Shown: positions 25,845-36,142 of the stretch, one piece after another
Layout: each line of letters begins with the position of its first letter
Position numbering within the stretch: position 1 is the first letter of the stretch
From: Dehalococcoidales bacterium
Lineage (GTDB): Bacteria; Chloroflexota; Dehalococcoidia; Dehalococcoidales; RBG-16-60-22
Direction of reading: 5' to 3'
DNA: 64,000 bases
NCBI GenBank assembly: GCA_028712355.1
Contig: JAQTQH010000003.1
Location: forward strand, 2,117 to 66,116
Position numbers and translations under genes: made by a program
The notes under the pieces: model-generated
The model's input: the letters and a program-made list of their open reading frames with translations, nothing else
Told to the model about the DNA's origin: nothing
Database searches by the model: none

Positions 25845-26129
25845 ATGATTATCAAAACGAGAATTTTCGAGCTGTGCGGGCGCCGGTACGCCAACTTATC
25901 CGAGCTTGCCCTGGCGATGGGACTATCGGTCAGCCAGGTCTACCGGGTCCGGGAGGGCAAGCGCAGCATCAACCAGAAGTTCATCATCGGCGCCAAGCGG
26001 GCTTTCCCGGAATGCAGCCTCGATGAGCTGTTCTACTTGGATAATAACGGGGACTGCCCGCCGGAGCGCAAGCCAATTGTCACCAGCCGCTACCTGCATA
26101 TTGTGAGACAGTACAGCAAGGTAGGATAA
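25845..26129 (+). CDS. small XRE-type HTH protein
   Basis: LSELALAMGLSVSQVYRVREGKRSIN helix-turn-helix. ATG at 25845 inside TTG-initiated ORF 25833..26129. Confidence 0.55.
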   Translation: MIIKTRIFELCGRRYANLSELALAMGLSVSQVYRVREGKRSINQKFIIGAKRAFPECSLDELFYLDNNGDCPPERKPIVTSRYLHIVRQYSKVG

Positions 26130-26152
26130 GAAACTTGGTGGTGACCTATCCC

Positions 26153-26683
26153 CTACCGTTCAGGGGGCGGGGTTGAAGCAGTATTATCGCTCGCAGCTTC
26201 AAAGGTGTCTCCGGGAGCGATTCTGGTCAACGTATTGGGGTCTTCGAGCCGGTCGACGTAGAGAATGCCGTTCAGGTGGTCTATCTCGTGTTCCAGCGCC
26301 TGCGCCAGCAGTTCCGTCCCGCGGATGCGGATTTCTTTGCCGCTCTCATCGAGGGCTTTGGCGGTGACCGCCTCGGCGCGCTTCACCTCGCCGAAATAGC
26401 CGGGGATGCTCAGGCAGCCTTCTTCAACCAGCCGCTCGCCGCGCCGCCGGACTATCTCCGGGTTCACCAGGACAATGTCCTCTTCCTCAGGTATGCCGAT
26501 GACCGCCACGCGCAGGGAAACGCCGACCTGCGGCGCCGCCAGCCCGGCACGTCCCGGGACAGCGTGCAAAGTCTCCCGCATATCGGCAATCAGCTGCTTG
26601 ATGGACGGGTCGATTGTCCTGACCCGCTTTGCCTTCTGGCGCAGTACCGGGTCGGGTACGGTGCGTATATCTCTGACGCTCAT
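26153..26683 (-). CDS. def: peptide deformylase
   Basis: GLAAPQVG, EGCLSIPG and HEIDHLNG motifs. Confidence 0.95.
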   Translation of the reverse strand: MSVRDIRTVPDPVLRQKAKRVRTIDPSIKQLIADMRETLHAVPGRAGLAAPQVGVSLRVAVIGIPEEEDIVLVNPEIVRRRGERLVEEGCLSIPGYFGEVKRAEAVTAKALDESGKEIRIRGTELLAQALEHEIDHLNGILYVDRLEDPNTLTRIAPGDTFEAASDNTASTPPPER

Positions 26684-26704
26684 CGTATTCTCACTCTTTA
26701 CAGT

Positions 26705-29140
26705 CTACTGGATAGTGCTGACGGGGTCAATGTCCACCGTCCAGTTCTGCGGTAAATCGACCTTTGCCAAGAATGGAGAGAGCTCGCTGCCGCGCAGGAT
26801 GATTTGCCAGCGGTAGCGCCCGCGCCGGCGTGGGAAGAAGGCGGGTGCGGGACCCAGCAGATTGAGCCCGGCAATGCCGCGGGCGTCCCGTTCGGCAATC
26901 AGATAGTTGAGCATCCGCTCCGCTTCACGCTGGCAGAGGGTATTGTTGGTATGGCTGCAGGTAAGCAGGGCAAGCTGCCGGAAGGGCGGGTCGCTGAGCT
27001 GGCGGCGGTATTCCAGCTCTTTTTCATAAAAGGCGGCGTAATCATGTTTGGCGGCAGCCTGGATTGCGTAATGCTCGGGGAAGAAGGTCTGGATGATGAC
27101 CTTGCCCCCGGCTGGCCCCCGCCCCGCCCGCCCCGCCACCTGGCTGAGGAGCTGGAAAGTGCGCTCCCCGGCGCGGAAATCGGGCAGGTGCAGCGCAGTA
27201 TCGGCGCTCACCACGCCCACCAGCGTTACCGAGGGCAGGTCGAGCCCCTTGGCAATCATCTGCGTGCCGATGAGGATGTCCGCCTCGTGAGCGCGGAACT
27301 TATGCAGAATTTTTTCGTGGGCGTCTTTGCCGGTGGTGACATCGCTGTCCCAGCGCAGGCGTCTGCCCTGCGGGAAAGCCGCGGCGGTCTCCTCCTCCAG
27401 CTTCTGCGTGCCGACGCCCAGGAACTTGAGCCGCCGGCTGAAGCAGCGCGGGCAGCTCTGCGGCACAGGTGTCTGGTAGTTGCACCGGTGGCAGATGAGC
27501 CGGCTTTCGTGGGCATGGTAGGTGAGGGTGGCTTCACAGCGTTTGCAGCGCAGCACGAGACCGCACTTGCCGCAGCGGATGAACGTCGCGGTGCCGCGCC
27601 GGTTGAGAAAGAAGATGACCTGTTCGCCGCCGGCCAGGGCTTTGGCGGCGGCATCGGTGAGGGCGCGGCTGAAGATGCTGCGGTTGCCGGATGTCAGCTC
27701 GGCTTTCATATCGATAATTTCTACTTCGGGTAACGGCGCTGTTCCCCCCCCCACAATCCGTTCCGGCAGCCGGAGCAGGTAATATTCCCCCTGTTGCGCC
27801 CGGTAGTAACTGCCGATATCGGGCGTAGCGCTGCCCAGCACGACGGTGGCGCCGGTGAGTCCGGCAAGTTTCACCGCGGTGTCACGCGCATGATAGCGCG
27901 GCGCCGGCTCGGTCTGCTTGTAGGTCCACTCGTGCTCCTCATCGATGATAATAATTCCGAGGTTGGGCTGTGGTGCGAAAATGGCGCTGCGCGAGCCGAT
28001 AACGACATCGAATTCGCCGTGTTTGATGCGGTACCACTCGTCGAACTGCTCTCCCAGCGAGAGCCTGCTGTGCAGCACGGCGACGCGGTGCGCGAAGCGC
28101 GCCGCAAAGTGCTCGATGGTCTGCGGCGTGAGGGCGATTTCCGGCACCAGCACGATGCCGCGCTTGCCCTGCTTTACTACATCGGCAAGCGCCTGCAAAT
28201 AAATCTCGGTCTTGCCGCTGCCGGTAACCCCGTGCAGTAGAAAGACGGCCGGCTTGCCCTCCCTCAGGCTGGCTTGAATTGGAGCGAGCACATCTTGCTG
28301 GGCAGGGGTGAGGGGGAAGGGAAGGGAAGGCGTAATATTGTCATAGGAGATGGGTTCCCGTTTGACCTCATGCGACTTTATGGCGATGAAACCATTGTCT
28401 TTCAGTGCTCTAAACAGGGCGGGCGTGCCGCCGGCGGCTTGCCGCACCGAAGCGAGAGGTGCCGGTAATGAGAGTTGACATAAAGATTCAAGCAGGACTG
28501 CCTGTTTGGCAGCCGTCTTGTTCTGGCGCAGTGCAGCCGCTTCTTTGAGAGCGTCTTCCTTATTTATTAATAGGCTCAGGAAAGACTCTTGCCGGGCTTT
28601 CACTCTGACCGGTTCCAGCTCGTAGCGGCGGGTGAGCAGTCCCTGCCTGACCAGTGCGATAACCGCCGTTGACGCCTGCTTTTTACCCAGCTTTATTTCC
28701 AGTTTTTTCATCGGGATCCCGGTGTCAGCGAGGACTGATGTTAAAACGGATTGCTCGCTCTCTTTCAGAGTGGCTAAATCATAGCTGCGCGCCCGGGGAG
28801 TTGCCTCGAGGAAGGTAAGAACTTTACGCTCGAAACCCGGCGGCAGCATCAGCGCCACGGCGTCGAAAAGGTCGGCGAGGTAGTACTCGCTGAGCCACCG
28901 TGCCAGGTCAATCTGCTCAGGGGAAAGTACCGGATCGGTTTCGATGATGCCGATGACATCTTTTGTTTCCGGGATAGCAGGGGAGGGGGTCAATTCTATC
29001 ACAATGCCCTGGAGGATTTTCTCTCCGAAGGGCACCCACACCGCCTGACCAGCTTTAACATCAAGTTCAGGCGGGATGGAGTAGCTGAAGGTGCGGTTCC
29101 GGGCGAAGGCAGAGTTGACGCTCACCTCGGCGTATGTCAT
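26705..29140 (-). CDS. priA: primosomal protein N-prime (replication restart helicase)
   Basis: Walker A GVTGSGKTE, DEEHE box. Cys-rich insertion CGKCG...CKRCE...CHRCN...CPRC. Confidence 0.95.
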   Translation of the reverse strand: MTYAEVSVNSAFARNRTFSYSIPPELDVKAGQAVWVPFGEKILQGIVIELTPSPAIPETKDVIGIIETDPVLSPEQIDLARWLSEYYLADLFDAVALMLPPGFERKVLTFLEATPRARSYDLATLKESEQSVLTSVLADTGIPMKKLEIKLGKKQASTAVIALVRQGLLTRRYELEPVRVKARQESFLSLLINKEDALKEAAALRQNKTAAKQAVLLESLCQLSLPAPLASVRQAAGGTPALFRALKDNGFIAIKSHEVKREPISYDNITPSLPFPLTPAQQDVLAPIQASLREGKPAVFLLHGVTGSGKTEIYLQALADVVKQGKRGIVLVPEIALTPQTIEHFAARFAHRVAVLHSRLSLGEQFDEWYRIKHGEFDVVIGSRSAIFAPQPNLGIIIIDEEHEWTYKQTEPAPRYHARDTAVKLAGLTGATVVLGSATPDIGSYYRAQQGEYYLLRLPERIVGGGTAPLPEVEIIDMKAELTSGNRSIFSRALTDAAAKALAGGEQVIFFLNRRGTATFIRCGKCGLVLRCKRCEATLTYHAHESRLICHRCNYQTPVPQSCPRCFSRRLKFLGVGTQKLEEETAAAFPQGRRLRWDSDVTTGKDAHEKILHKFRAHEADILIGTQMIAKGLDLPSVTLVGVVSADTALHLPDFRAGERTFQLLSQVAGRAGRGPAGGKVIIQTFFPEHYAIQAAAKHDYAAFYEKELEYRRQLSDPPFRQLALLTCSHTNNTLCQREAERMLNYLIAERDARGIAGLNLLGPAPAFFPRRRGRYRWQIILRGSELSPFLAKVDLPQNWTVDIDPVSTIQ

Positions 29141-29173
29141 CTGTTTACCCCGGTCAAAAATACCATCTTCTCG

Positions 29174-29238
29174 TTGGGAGAGGGTGAATGTGAAGCGATA
29201 ATACTCCTCACCTTAATCCTCTCCGGACAGGGGAGAAG
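29174..29238. repeat. solo GGGAGAGG/CCTCTCC-type repeat pair (same family as DUF559 flanks)
   Basis: TTGGGAGAGGGTGAATGTGAAG ... CCTCACCTTAATCCTCTCCGGACAGGGGAGAAG. Compare 40418..40454 and 40814..40853. Confidence 0.5.
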
Positions 29239-29264
29239 AAGCCGCGTGTAAATTGCTTTATTTG

Positions 29265-29855
29265 CTACGCCGTCTTTTCCGTGTTTGGTTCCGGAGCGGG
29301 CGCGGCAGCCGGTGGCTCAGCTTTGGCTTCTGCCGGTGGCTCGGCTTTAGCTTCTGCCGGTGCGGCGGGAGATGTGGGTGGTGCCTGCTCGTCCTTAACT
29401 TCGGCAGGATCGGCTGCCGGCGTCGGCATCGCCGCTTCCGCAGCAGCGGCTTCTTTTTCCTGCTGTTCCAGGGCGGCGGCTTCTTCCGGCGTCAGGAGCT
29501 GTTTCTTAATCAGCCCAACACGCTTAATCTTCCTGCGGGCTTCGCGTCCGCTCAGGCTGCGCAGGTAGTAGAGCTTGGCGCGGCGCACTTTGCCGTGGCG
29601 GACCACCTCCACTTTTTCCACGTAGGGTGAAAACATCGGGAAGGTGCGTTCCACGCCGATGCCCTGTGCGACATGCCTTACGGTAAAGCTGGCGCCGTTA
29701 CCGCGTCCCTGCATACTGATGACGACGCCCTGAAAGACCTGGGTACGTTCTTTGTCGCCTTCGACGATTCTGACCCCCACCTTTACCGTGTCGCCGGGGG
29801 CGAACTTCGCGATATTGGGGTTTACTTTAGCGGCAGCCAGTGATGATACTTCCAT
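29265..29855 (-). CDS. rplS: 50S ribosomal protein L19 with ~80-aa Ala/Glu/Pro-rich C-terminal extension
   Basis: [30 protein letters not shown]...RRAKLYYLR core. Start set at the ATG at 29855, preceded by GGGAG. Tail has AEAKAEPP repeats. Confidence 0.9.
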   Translation of the reverse strand: MEVSSLAAAKVNPNIAKFAPGDTVKVGVRIVEGDKERTQVFQGVVISMQGRGNGASFTVRHVAQGIGVERTFPMFSPYVEKVEVVRHGKVRRAKLYYLRSLSGREARRKIKRVGLIKKQLLTPEEAAALEQQEKEAAAAEAAMPTPAADPAEVKDEQAPPTSPAAPAEAKAEPPAEAKAEPPAAAPAPEPNTEKTA

Positions 29856-29886
29856 TGTCGATTCTCCCATCTGAAATATGTTTTTA

Positions 29887-30633
29887 TTACTTTGCGCCGG
29901 AAGAGGCTAGTTGTGCCAGTATCTTCCTGTCCTCCGGGCTGAGTTTGGCTTTATTAATGAGGTCCGGACGGCGCTCCAGCGTACGGCGGAGGGATTGTTC
30001 CTGCCGCCAGCGGGCGATGCGGGCGTGGTCTCCGGAGAGCAGGATGTCCGGCACCATCCAGCCGCGGAAGTCCGAGGGACGGGTATACTGCGGGTATTCC
30101 AGCAGTCCGTCCATGTGGGACTCGCTCACGGGTGATTCCGATGAGCCGAGTACGCCCGGTACCAGGCGCACCACTGCGTCAATTACGACCATCGCGGGGA
30201 GTTCCCCGCCCGTCAACACATAATCTCCGATGCTGAGGCGGTCAGTCGCCATGTGTTCGGCAACCCGCTCGTCGACGCCTTCGTAGTGACCGCAGATGAT
30301 AATCAGGTGTGGATATTGTGATAGTTCGCCGGCAATCTTCTGGTCAAAGAGACGGCCCTGCGGCGTGAGCAGGATCACCGGCACGTCGCTTGATGCTTCG
30401 CTCTGCGCTTTCACCGCCTCCACCGCTTCGAAAATCGGCTCCGGTTTCATGACCATACCCGGTCCGCCGCCGTAAGGCGTGTCATCAACCGTGTGATGGC
30501 GGTCATGAGTATAATCCCGGATGTTGTGCAGGTTGATTTGCACCAGTCCGTTATCCATGGCTCTCTGGTAAATGCTCACGCCAAACACGGCGCGGAACAT
30601 ATCCGGGAAAAGCGTCAGCACATCAATGCGCAC
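29887..30633 (-). CDS. trmD: tRNA (guanine37-N1)-methyltransferase
   Basis: [14 protein letters not shown]-terminus and [13 protein letters not shown]. Conserved trmD-rplS order. Confidence 0.95.
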   Translation of the reverse strand: MRIDVLTLFPDMFRAVFGVSIYQRAMDNGLVQINLHNIRDYTHDRHHTVDDTPYGGGPGMVMKPEPIFEAVEAVKAQSEASSDVPVILLTPQGRLFDQKIAGELSQYPHLIIICGHYEGVDERVAEHMATDRLSIGDYVLTGGELPAMVVIDAVVRLVPGVLGSSESPVSESHMDGLLEYPQYTRPSDFRGWMVPDILLSGDHARIARWRQEQSLRRTLERRPDLINKAKLSPEDRKILAQLASSGAK

Positions 30634-31135
30634 CTTTTTTACTCCCTGCTGGCTGGTGTTCTGTAATCGTACCCTTGATAGTGTCTATGGCATGCGGGAT
30701 GACCGGCAGGACAACATTGAGACATTCCTGCACACCATTCGGACTGCCGGGCAGGTTGATGATGAGGCATTTGCCCCTCACCCCCGCCATCGCACGGCTC
30801 AGTATTGAGGTGGGAGCGGCGGCGAAGGTCTGCGCCCGCATCGCTTCCGCCAGTCCGGGGACAATCTTCTCGACGACGGACAGGGTGGCTTCCGGAGTAA
30901 CATCGCGCGGGCCCAGTCCTGTACCGCCGGTAGTGATGATTAAGTCAAGGTTGTACTCGTCCGCCCATTCTGTGAGGATATCGTCGATAAGAGGGCGCTC
31001 GTCGGGGACAATCTCATGATGCGCAACATGGCATCCTGCAGCCGTTATCAGTTCCCTGATTAACCTGCCGCTTTCGTCCACGCGCTCCCCGTGGGAGCCT
31101 TTATCGCTTATGGTGAGTACGCCTGCATTATACAT
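30623..31135 (-). CDS. MogA/MoaB-family molybdopterin adenylyltransferase-like protein
   Basis: [19 protein letters not shown] signature. 11-nt overlap with trmD. Confidence 0.85.
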   Translation of the reverse strand: MYNAGVLTISDKGSHGERVDESGRLIRELITAAGCHVAHHEIVPDERPLIDDILTEWADEYNLDLIITTGGTGLGPRDVTPEATLSVVEKIVPGLAEAMRAQTFAAAPTSILSRAMAGVRGKCLIINLPGSPNGVQECLNVVLPVIPHAIDTIKGTITEHQPAGSKKGAH

Positions 31136-31207
31136 AAGACAAAGTACATTTTACCATATTTGAGAGGCTGAACCAAATAGGGCAGGTGTACTTATCGGTA
31201 TTGCAGC

Positions 31208-32530
31208 TTACTTAGCGATGCCGAACATCAGGTTGGGTAGCCAGAGCGCGAGCTGGGGCAATGCCATGACCGTTATCATGCCGAATAACTGAAGTACTAC
31301 GAATGGTAACGCGGCGCGGTATATATCCCCCATGGAAACATCTTTGGGGGCGATTCCCTTCATGTAGAAAAGATCCAATCCAAAAGGTGGAGTCAGGAAA
31401 GCCATTTCCATATTAATCACGAAGATAGTGCCGAACCAGATAGGATCAAAACCCAGAGCGCGGACAATGGGGACAAAAACCGGGACCGTAATCATGGCAA
31501 TACCGGTTGTATCGATAAAACAGCCCATGATAAGGAGAATTATCTGCATGCCGATGATGATGAACCATGGGCTGACCGGCATGGCAGACACCAGCTTGAT
31601 TATCAGTTCTGGCGCACCGATGGCGGTGTATACTGCCACGAAGAAAGTAGCGCCCATAGCAATCCACAGGATAAATCCGCTAACTGAGAATGTGCGGGTG
31701 ACCGCCTCGCGGAAGTCCTTGAAAGACATTTTGCGGTTGATCAGTGCACAGATGAAAGCCCCGAAAGCCCCCACCGCGGCGGCTTCGGTAGGGGTCGCAA
31801 CCCCGAAAAATATGGATCCGAGCACGAGTACGATCAGGGCAAGCGGCAGTGCTACCGATTTCAGAGAAGCGAATCTTTCTTTCCAGGTAGACCGTTCTTC
31901 AGGCGGCTGGGGTGGGCCGAGTTTTGGATTTAAGGCACAGCGTATTAGCACGTAACCGCCGAACAGCGCCGCGCAAAATATACCTGGGAAGACGCCAGCG
32001 GCAAACAGCCGTCCCACTGATTCGTTGCAGAGCCAGGCGTAAATGACCATCATGGTGCTGGGTGGGATGAGGATGCCAAGCGCACCGCCGGCCATAATCG
32101 GACCGATGGCAATAGTCTTGTCATAGCCGCGCTTGAGCATTGCCGGCAGGGCGATAATGCCCATAGTAACCACTGCCGCGCCGCTGACGCCGGTCATTGC
32201 CGCAAAAATTGTGCAGATTGCGACGGTACCCAGCGCCAGCCCTCCGGGTAAAGGCCCTGCCCAACGGTGCATCATCTCGTAGAGACCATCAGCCACTCCA
32301 GAACGCTCTAGAATTAAACCCATGAAAATGAACAGAGGGATGGCGGTGAGCACTATTGATTTGGTCATGGTTATCGTGCTGAGGGGTATGTTATAAAGGG
32401 CACTCGGACCCCACAGGAATATCGTGGAGACAATAGCAACGCCGCTCATGGCAAATGCCAGCGGGACGCCCAGCGCCATAAGGACGATTAAAGAACCGAA
32501 AAGGAGAATGGTGCTTATTTCGATACTCAT
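31208..32530 (-). CDS. TRAP transporter large permease (DctM family)
   Basis: 440 aa, polytopic. Adjacent to DctQ- and DctP-like genes. Confidence 0.9.
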   Translation of the reverse strand: MSIEISTILLFGSLIVLMALGVPLAFAMSGVAIVSTIFLWGPSALYNIPLSTITMTKSIVLTAIPLFIFMGLILERSGVADGLYEMMHRWAGPLPGGLALGTVAICTIFAAMTGVSGAAVVTMGIIALPAMLKRGYDKTIAIGPIMAGGALGILIPPSTMMVIYAWLCNESVGRLFAAGVFPGIFCAALFGGYVLIRCALNPKLGPPQPPEERSTWKERFASLKSVALPLALIVLVLGSIFFGVATPTEAAAVGAFGAFICALINRKMSFKDFREAVTRTFSVSGFILWIAMGATFFVAVYTAIGAPELIIKLVSAMPVSPWFIIIGMQIILLIMGCFIDTTGIAMITVPVFVPIVRALGFDPIWFGTIFVINMEMAFLTPPFGLDLFYMKGIAPKDVSMGDIYRAALPFVVLQLFGMITVMALPQLALWLPNLMFGIAK

Positions 32531-33042
32531 TAATTTAGCTCCTTCCCGCTAACCGCTATACTGAGGTCCCGGATAAACTTGGCAATGGCCTGGAGGGAAA
32601 GTAAGAAACCTTCGATCGGAACGAGCAATTTAATGGGATAGACCGGGGGGTTCCAGATGGAGGGTGATTTTTCCATTCTCATAAATGATTCCCACCCCAT
32701 CTGCCAGCCGATGACTAGCAGGGCGTAGCAAAGGAGAAACAGAAAGACAGAAGTAAAAACATCAGTAAATGCTTTAGCCCGCGGTGAGAATTTATTGTAA
32801 AGAACATCCACATTCACATGAGTGCGGTGCAGGATGCCATAAGCGCCCGCCAGGATAAAGTGCGCTCCGTAGACAAATTGGGTCATTTCATGCGCCCAGA
32901 TCGTTGGCGCGTTGAAGACATAGCGCATCACAACTTCATAGACGAGGAAGAGAGTTGCAGCAATGATGATATAGCTTGCTCCCTGGCCGATGTACTCGTT
33001 GATGCTATCGATAGTGTGTAAAGTCCGTTTCAATACTGACAC
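32530..33042 (-). CDS. TRAP transporter small permease (DctQ family)
   Basis: 4 TM helices. The stop overlaps the dctM start. The GTG at 33042 has AGGAGG 7 nt upstream; the ORF track starts at TTG 33048. Confidence 0.8.
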   Translation of the reverse strand: MSVLKRTLHTIDSINEYIGQGASYIIIAATLFLVYEVVMRYVFNAPTIWAHEMTQFVYGAHFILAGAYGILHRTHVNVDVLYNKFSPRAKAFTDVFTSVFLFLLCYALLVIGWQMGWESFMRMEKSPSIWNPPVYPIKLLVPIEGFLLSLQAIAKFIRDLSIAVSGKELN

Positions 33043-33070
33043 TTTCAAACCTCCTGCGCCGCATCCAGTC

Positions 33071-33112
33071 GGCGGGGCGCGGGCATTTGTATCTTTACGC
33101 CCGCGCCCCGCC
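33071..33112 (-). promoter_or_regulatory. intercistronic 14-bp perfect GC stem-loop between the SBP and permease genes
   Basis: GGCGGGGCGCGGGC (33071-33084), 14-nt loop, GCCCGCGCCCCGCC (33099-33112). No U-tract follows. Confidence 0.6.
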
Positions 33113-33120
33113 GTATCAGA

Positions 33121-34272
33121 CTATAGAAGCCCCTTGGCTTTCATGTAGTCTTTGATGATCTTAACCATCTGTGCCGAACGGGCAGTCTTGGCGGCAGCCT
33201 CGTCGAGCAGAGGGAGCGCGGCAGCCGTCATCGCTGCGATGTCTTCCGGCCCCAAAGAGCAGAACTCGGTACCATATTTTTCCGCCATCTCCTGGAACAT
33301 CTTTTCGTCAGAGTATTTGGCGGTTCGGTTATGCTGGTAGGAGACCCAGCGGGTCAGGACATGCATCAGCGTCTGGAGGTCAGACGGGAGAGAGTTCCAC
33401 TTGCTCAGGTTGACGTAGAAGCCGATGGTGGACGGGAAGATAAGGGAAGGTTCCTTGACGAAGTACTTACAGATTTCATAGTACTTTTGGTCCTTGTAGA
33501 CGAATGCGGAAGTGCCGGAGGCGTCAATGGTGCCGGTCTGGAGCGCAGTGTAAACGTCCTGGTGCGCGATGAAGACAGCAGATGCGCCCATGGCATTCAT
33601 CAGGTCGAGATGGCGCCCGAAGAGCCTGATTTTCAAGCCCTTGAGATCGGCAACGCTATTGATGGGCTTTTTCGACCAGAAGTTGATGGAACCGGTCATA
33701 ATGGTATCAACGAAGTAGTTGCCTTTTTCTTCGACTGCTTCGCGCAGGATATCGAGGAGACCCATGTCATACCACAGCGTGCCGAAATCCTGGATATTCG
33801 TCCAGGCCATGGGGATGCCGCCTTCGATGTCGGTCTCAGGTACGACTCCTGCCCAGTAGGAACCGGAAGCCATACCGCATTCAATAACGTTCTTGCTAAC
33901 GGCATCGGGGATGTCCGTTCCGGAGACAATCTGACCGGAATAGTACGGAGTGAGGAGGATGCGCCCGTTGGAAGCCTGTTCCACAAGCTTGGCGAAATCG
34001 GTTCCGGTGGTGTCATATTCGATTCCGGGGGCGCTCTGATGCTGGAGACGCCACTTAAAGACCTCGGCGGAGGGTACCGGTGCTGGTTTGGTCGTCGGCG
34101 CTGGAGTGGTAGCGACAGGGGTTGTAGCGCCGGGAGTGGTGGGAGCCGGTGTGGTGGGAGCGGAGGTAGTCGGTTGGGTTTCCTTGGCACAGGCGGAGAG
34201 TGCCAGTGAAGAGACAATGGTCAGAATAAGTGAGATACAGACAACCAGTCTAAGAATTTTGTTGTTTTTCAA
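33121..34272 (-). CDS. TRAP transporter substrate-binding lipoprotein (DctP family) with Thr/Pro linker
   Basis: Lipobox LALSAC, then the TQPTTSAPTTPAPTTPGATTPVATTPAPTTKPAP linker, then a DctP-like fold. Confidence 0.85.
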   Translation of the reverse strand: MKNNKILRLVVCISLILTIVSSLALSACAKETQPTTSAPTTPAPTTPGATTPVATTPAPTTKPAPVPSAEVFKWRLQHQSAPGIEYDTTGTDFAKLVEQASNGRILLTPYYSGQIVSGTDIPDAVSKNVIECGMASGSYWAGVVPETDIEGGIPMAWTNIQDFGTLWYDMGLLDILREAVEEKGNYFVDTIMTGSINFWSKKPINSVADLKGLKIRLFGRHLDLMNAMGASAVFIAHQDVYTALQTGTIDASGTSAFVYKDQKYYEICKYFVKEPSLIFPSTIGFYVNLSKWNSLPSDLQTLMHVLTRWVSYQHNRTAKYSDEKMFQEMAEKYGTEFCSLGPEDIAAMTAAALPLLDEAAAKTARSAQMVKIIKDYMKAKGLL

Positions 34273-34488
34273 TTATAACCTCCAAAAAATTTATCCTGCT
34301 GGGAGTAGTAAAACTTATTATTCTCCGCGCATCACCCCCTTTTTTTGCTTATGGAAATCGCCAATGTGGTCAAACCAATATTCATTTTAGAAATAATTCC
34401 TTTAGAAAGTCAATAATCGGGCGTTTCCCCGCCGCGTGGGAAGGAAAGAATAGTACCAAATATTTATGGCAAAATCCGCTCAGGGGTC

Positions 34489-34518
34489 TTGACAAAATGG
34501 GGCTGATGGGCTTAAAAT
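34489..34518 (+). promoter_or_regulatory. sigma70-like promoter of mraZ operon
   Basis: TTGACA (34489-34494), 17-18 nt spacer, TTAAAAT. Confidence 0.5.
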
Positions 34519-34552
34519 GGCGAGAAGTGGTGCATTGTGGGGAAATAGGGGG
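34498..34552 (+). promoter_or_regulatory. phased TGGNN box array (candidate MraZ operator)
   Basis: TGGGG 34498, TGGGC 34507, TGGCG 34518, TGGTG 34528, TGGGG 34538, AGGGG 34547. Spacing is 9-11 bp, running from the -10 element to the RBS. Confidence 0.45.
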
Positions 34553-34567
34553 AAGGAGCATCACAGG

Positions 34568-34993
34568 ATGTTTTTTGGGGAATTTGCCTACAAGATTGAT
34601 GAAAAAGGCAGGATGCCCGTCCCGCCTCGTTTTCGTAATTACTTCAAAGACGGCATTGTTCTAACCCCGGGCCCCGAAAAGTGCATTATCGCCTATACCG
34701 CCGCCGAATGGAAAAAACTGGCGGCAACTCTGACCAGCTCCCCGCTGACCGCCAGCAAAATGCGCAAGTTGAACCGCGCTATTTTTGCCACTGCTTTCAG
34801 CACGGTAATAGATGGGCAGGGGAGAATCGCCCTGCCGCCGCCGCTGCGTGATTCCGCCGAAATCAAAGAAGACGTAGTATTTGCCGGAGCGAACAACTAC
34901 CTGGAAATCTGGGACAAGGACCTCTGGGAAGAAGAGAAAGCCAACAGCCAGGAGCAAGCCTGGCAGATAATTGAGAGCTTGGAGAAGCGCTAA
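34568..34993 (+). CDS. mraZ: transcriptional regulator MraZ
   Basis: [23 protein letters not shown], and a second half-domain with [16 protein letters not shown] at 34568 preceded by GGAAGGAG. Confidence 0.9.
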   Translation: MFFGEFAYKIDEKGRMPVPPRFRNYFKDGIVLTPGPEKCIIAYTAAEWKKLAATLTSSPLTASKMRKLNRAIFATAFSTVIDGQGRIALPPPLRDSAEIKEDVVFAGANNYLEIWDKDLWEEEKANSQEQAWQIIESLEKR

Positions 34994-36048
34994 TGGGTGG
35001 AGGCGTACCCGCTTCCAGCCACGTGCCCGTGATGCTGGAAGAAGTGGTTCAGGCGCTGGCGGTGCAACCCGGAGGGCGTTACGTTGACTGTACCCTCGGT
35101 GGAGGCGGACACGCCCGGCAAATTCTGGAACACAGCGACCCGGGTGGACAACTGCTCGGCATTGACGCCGACCCCCGCGCCATTGAAACCACCGGTAATA
35201 TATTACAGGACTATCGCGGGTCAGTACTCCTGGTTAATGATAACTTCGCTAATCTGCAGGCAATCTGTCTGAAGCATGATTTCTTCCCGGTGCACGGTAT
35301 CCTGTTCGATCTGGGCCTGTCATCTCTGCAGCTGGATGCGGATAAGCGCGGCTTCAGCTTTCAATATGACGCCCCACTGGATATGCGCTTCAGCCCGGAG
35401 CAGAAGCTGACCGCCGCCGATATTGTTAATGACTATCCCGAAGCAGAACTTTCCCGCGTTATCCGGAAATACAGCGAGGAAATTCTCTGCCGTCAGATTG
35501 CGCGGCGCATCGTCCAGGAACGCCCCGTCAAGACGACGCTGCAACTGGCAGGCATCATCGAGAAAGCGGTAGGGGGGCGCAAGGCAAAAATCCATCCCGC
35601 TACCCGCACCTTTCAGGCGCTGCGTATTGCCGTGAATCAGGAATTAGACCATCTGGAGTCTGCTTTAAAACAGGCGGTCGGATTGCTTGGCTTTGAAGGC
35701 CGGCTGGTTGTCATCGCCTATCACTCTCTGGAAGACCGCATCGTCAAGCAGTTCCTCCAGCAGGAAGCCCGCGGCTGCATCTGTCCGCCGCACACTCCCG
35801 TCTGTATCTGCGGGCACCAGCCGCGGATGAGAATTATTAATAAGCACGTCATTGTCCCTTCGCCGGATGAGGTGCGGCATAATCCCCGCAGCCGGAGCGC
35901 ACGGTTGAGAGCGGCAGAGAGGATTGCGGTAACAGAAGACTGCCCGGACACTGACGATGAGATTGATTTTTTAGCAGCTATGCGGAATAACGGCTGGCGG
36001 CGCCCGGCTCTGCTCCGCAAAATAAAGGTCGCTTTTGCTACTGCCTAG
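34993..36048 (+). CDS. rsmH: 16S rRNA (cytosine1402-N4)-methyltransferase
   Basis: [21 protein letters not shown] and SLEDR motifs. Start overlaps the mraZ stop. Confidence 0.95.
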   Translation: MGGGVPASSHVPVMLEEVVQALAVQPGGRYVDCTLGGGGHARQILEHSDPGGQLLGIDADPRAIETTGNILQDYRGSVLLVNDNFANLQAICLKHDFFPVHGILFDLGLSSLQLDADKRGFSFQYDAPLDMRFSPEQKLTAADIVNDYPEAELSRVIRKYSEEILCRQIARRIVQERPVKTTLQLAGIIEKAVGGRKAKIHPATRTFQALRIAVNQELDHLESALKQAVGLLGFEGRLVVIAYHSLEDRIVKQFLQQEARGCICPPHTPVCICGHQPRMRIINKHVIVPSPDEVRHNPRSRSARLRAAERIAVTEDCPDTDDEIDFLAAMRNNGWRRPALLRKIKVAFATA

Positions 36049-36142
36049 ATAGAAATAGCTAACCAATTTGAGGAGGTTATCGCAATGTAGTACTTTCCCG
36101 GCGAATTCAAGCTTATAAATAAAGGTGTAGTTAGGAGGGCAA

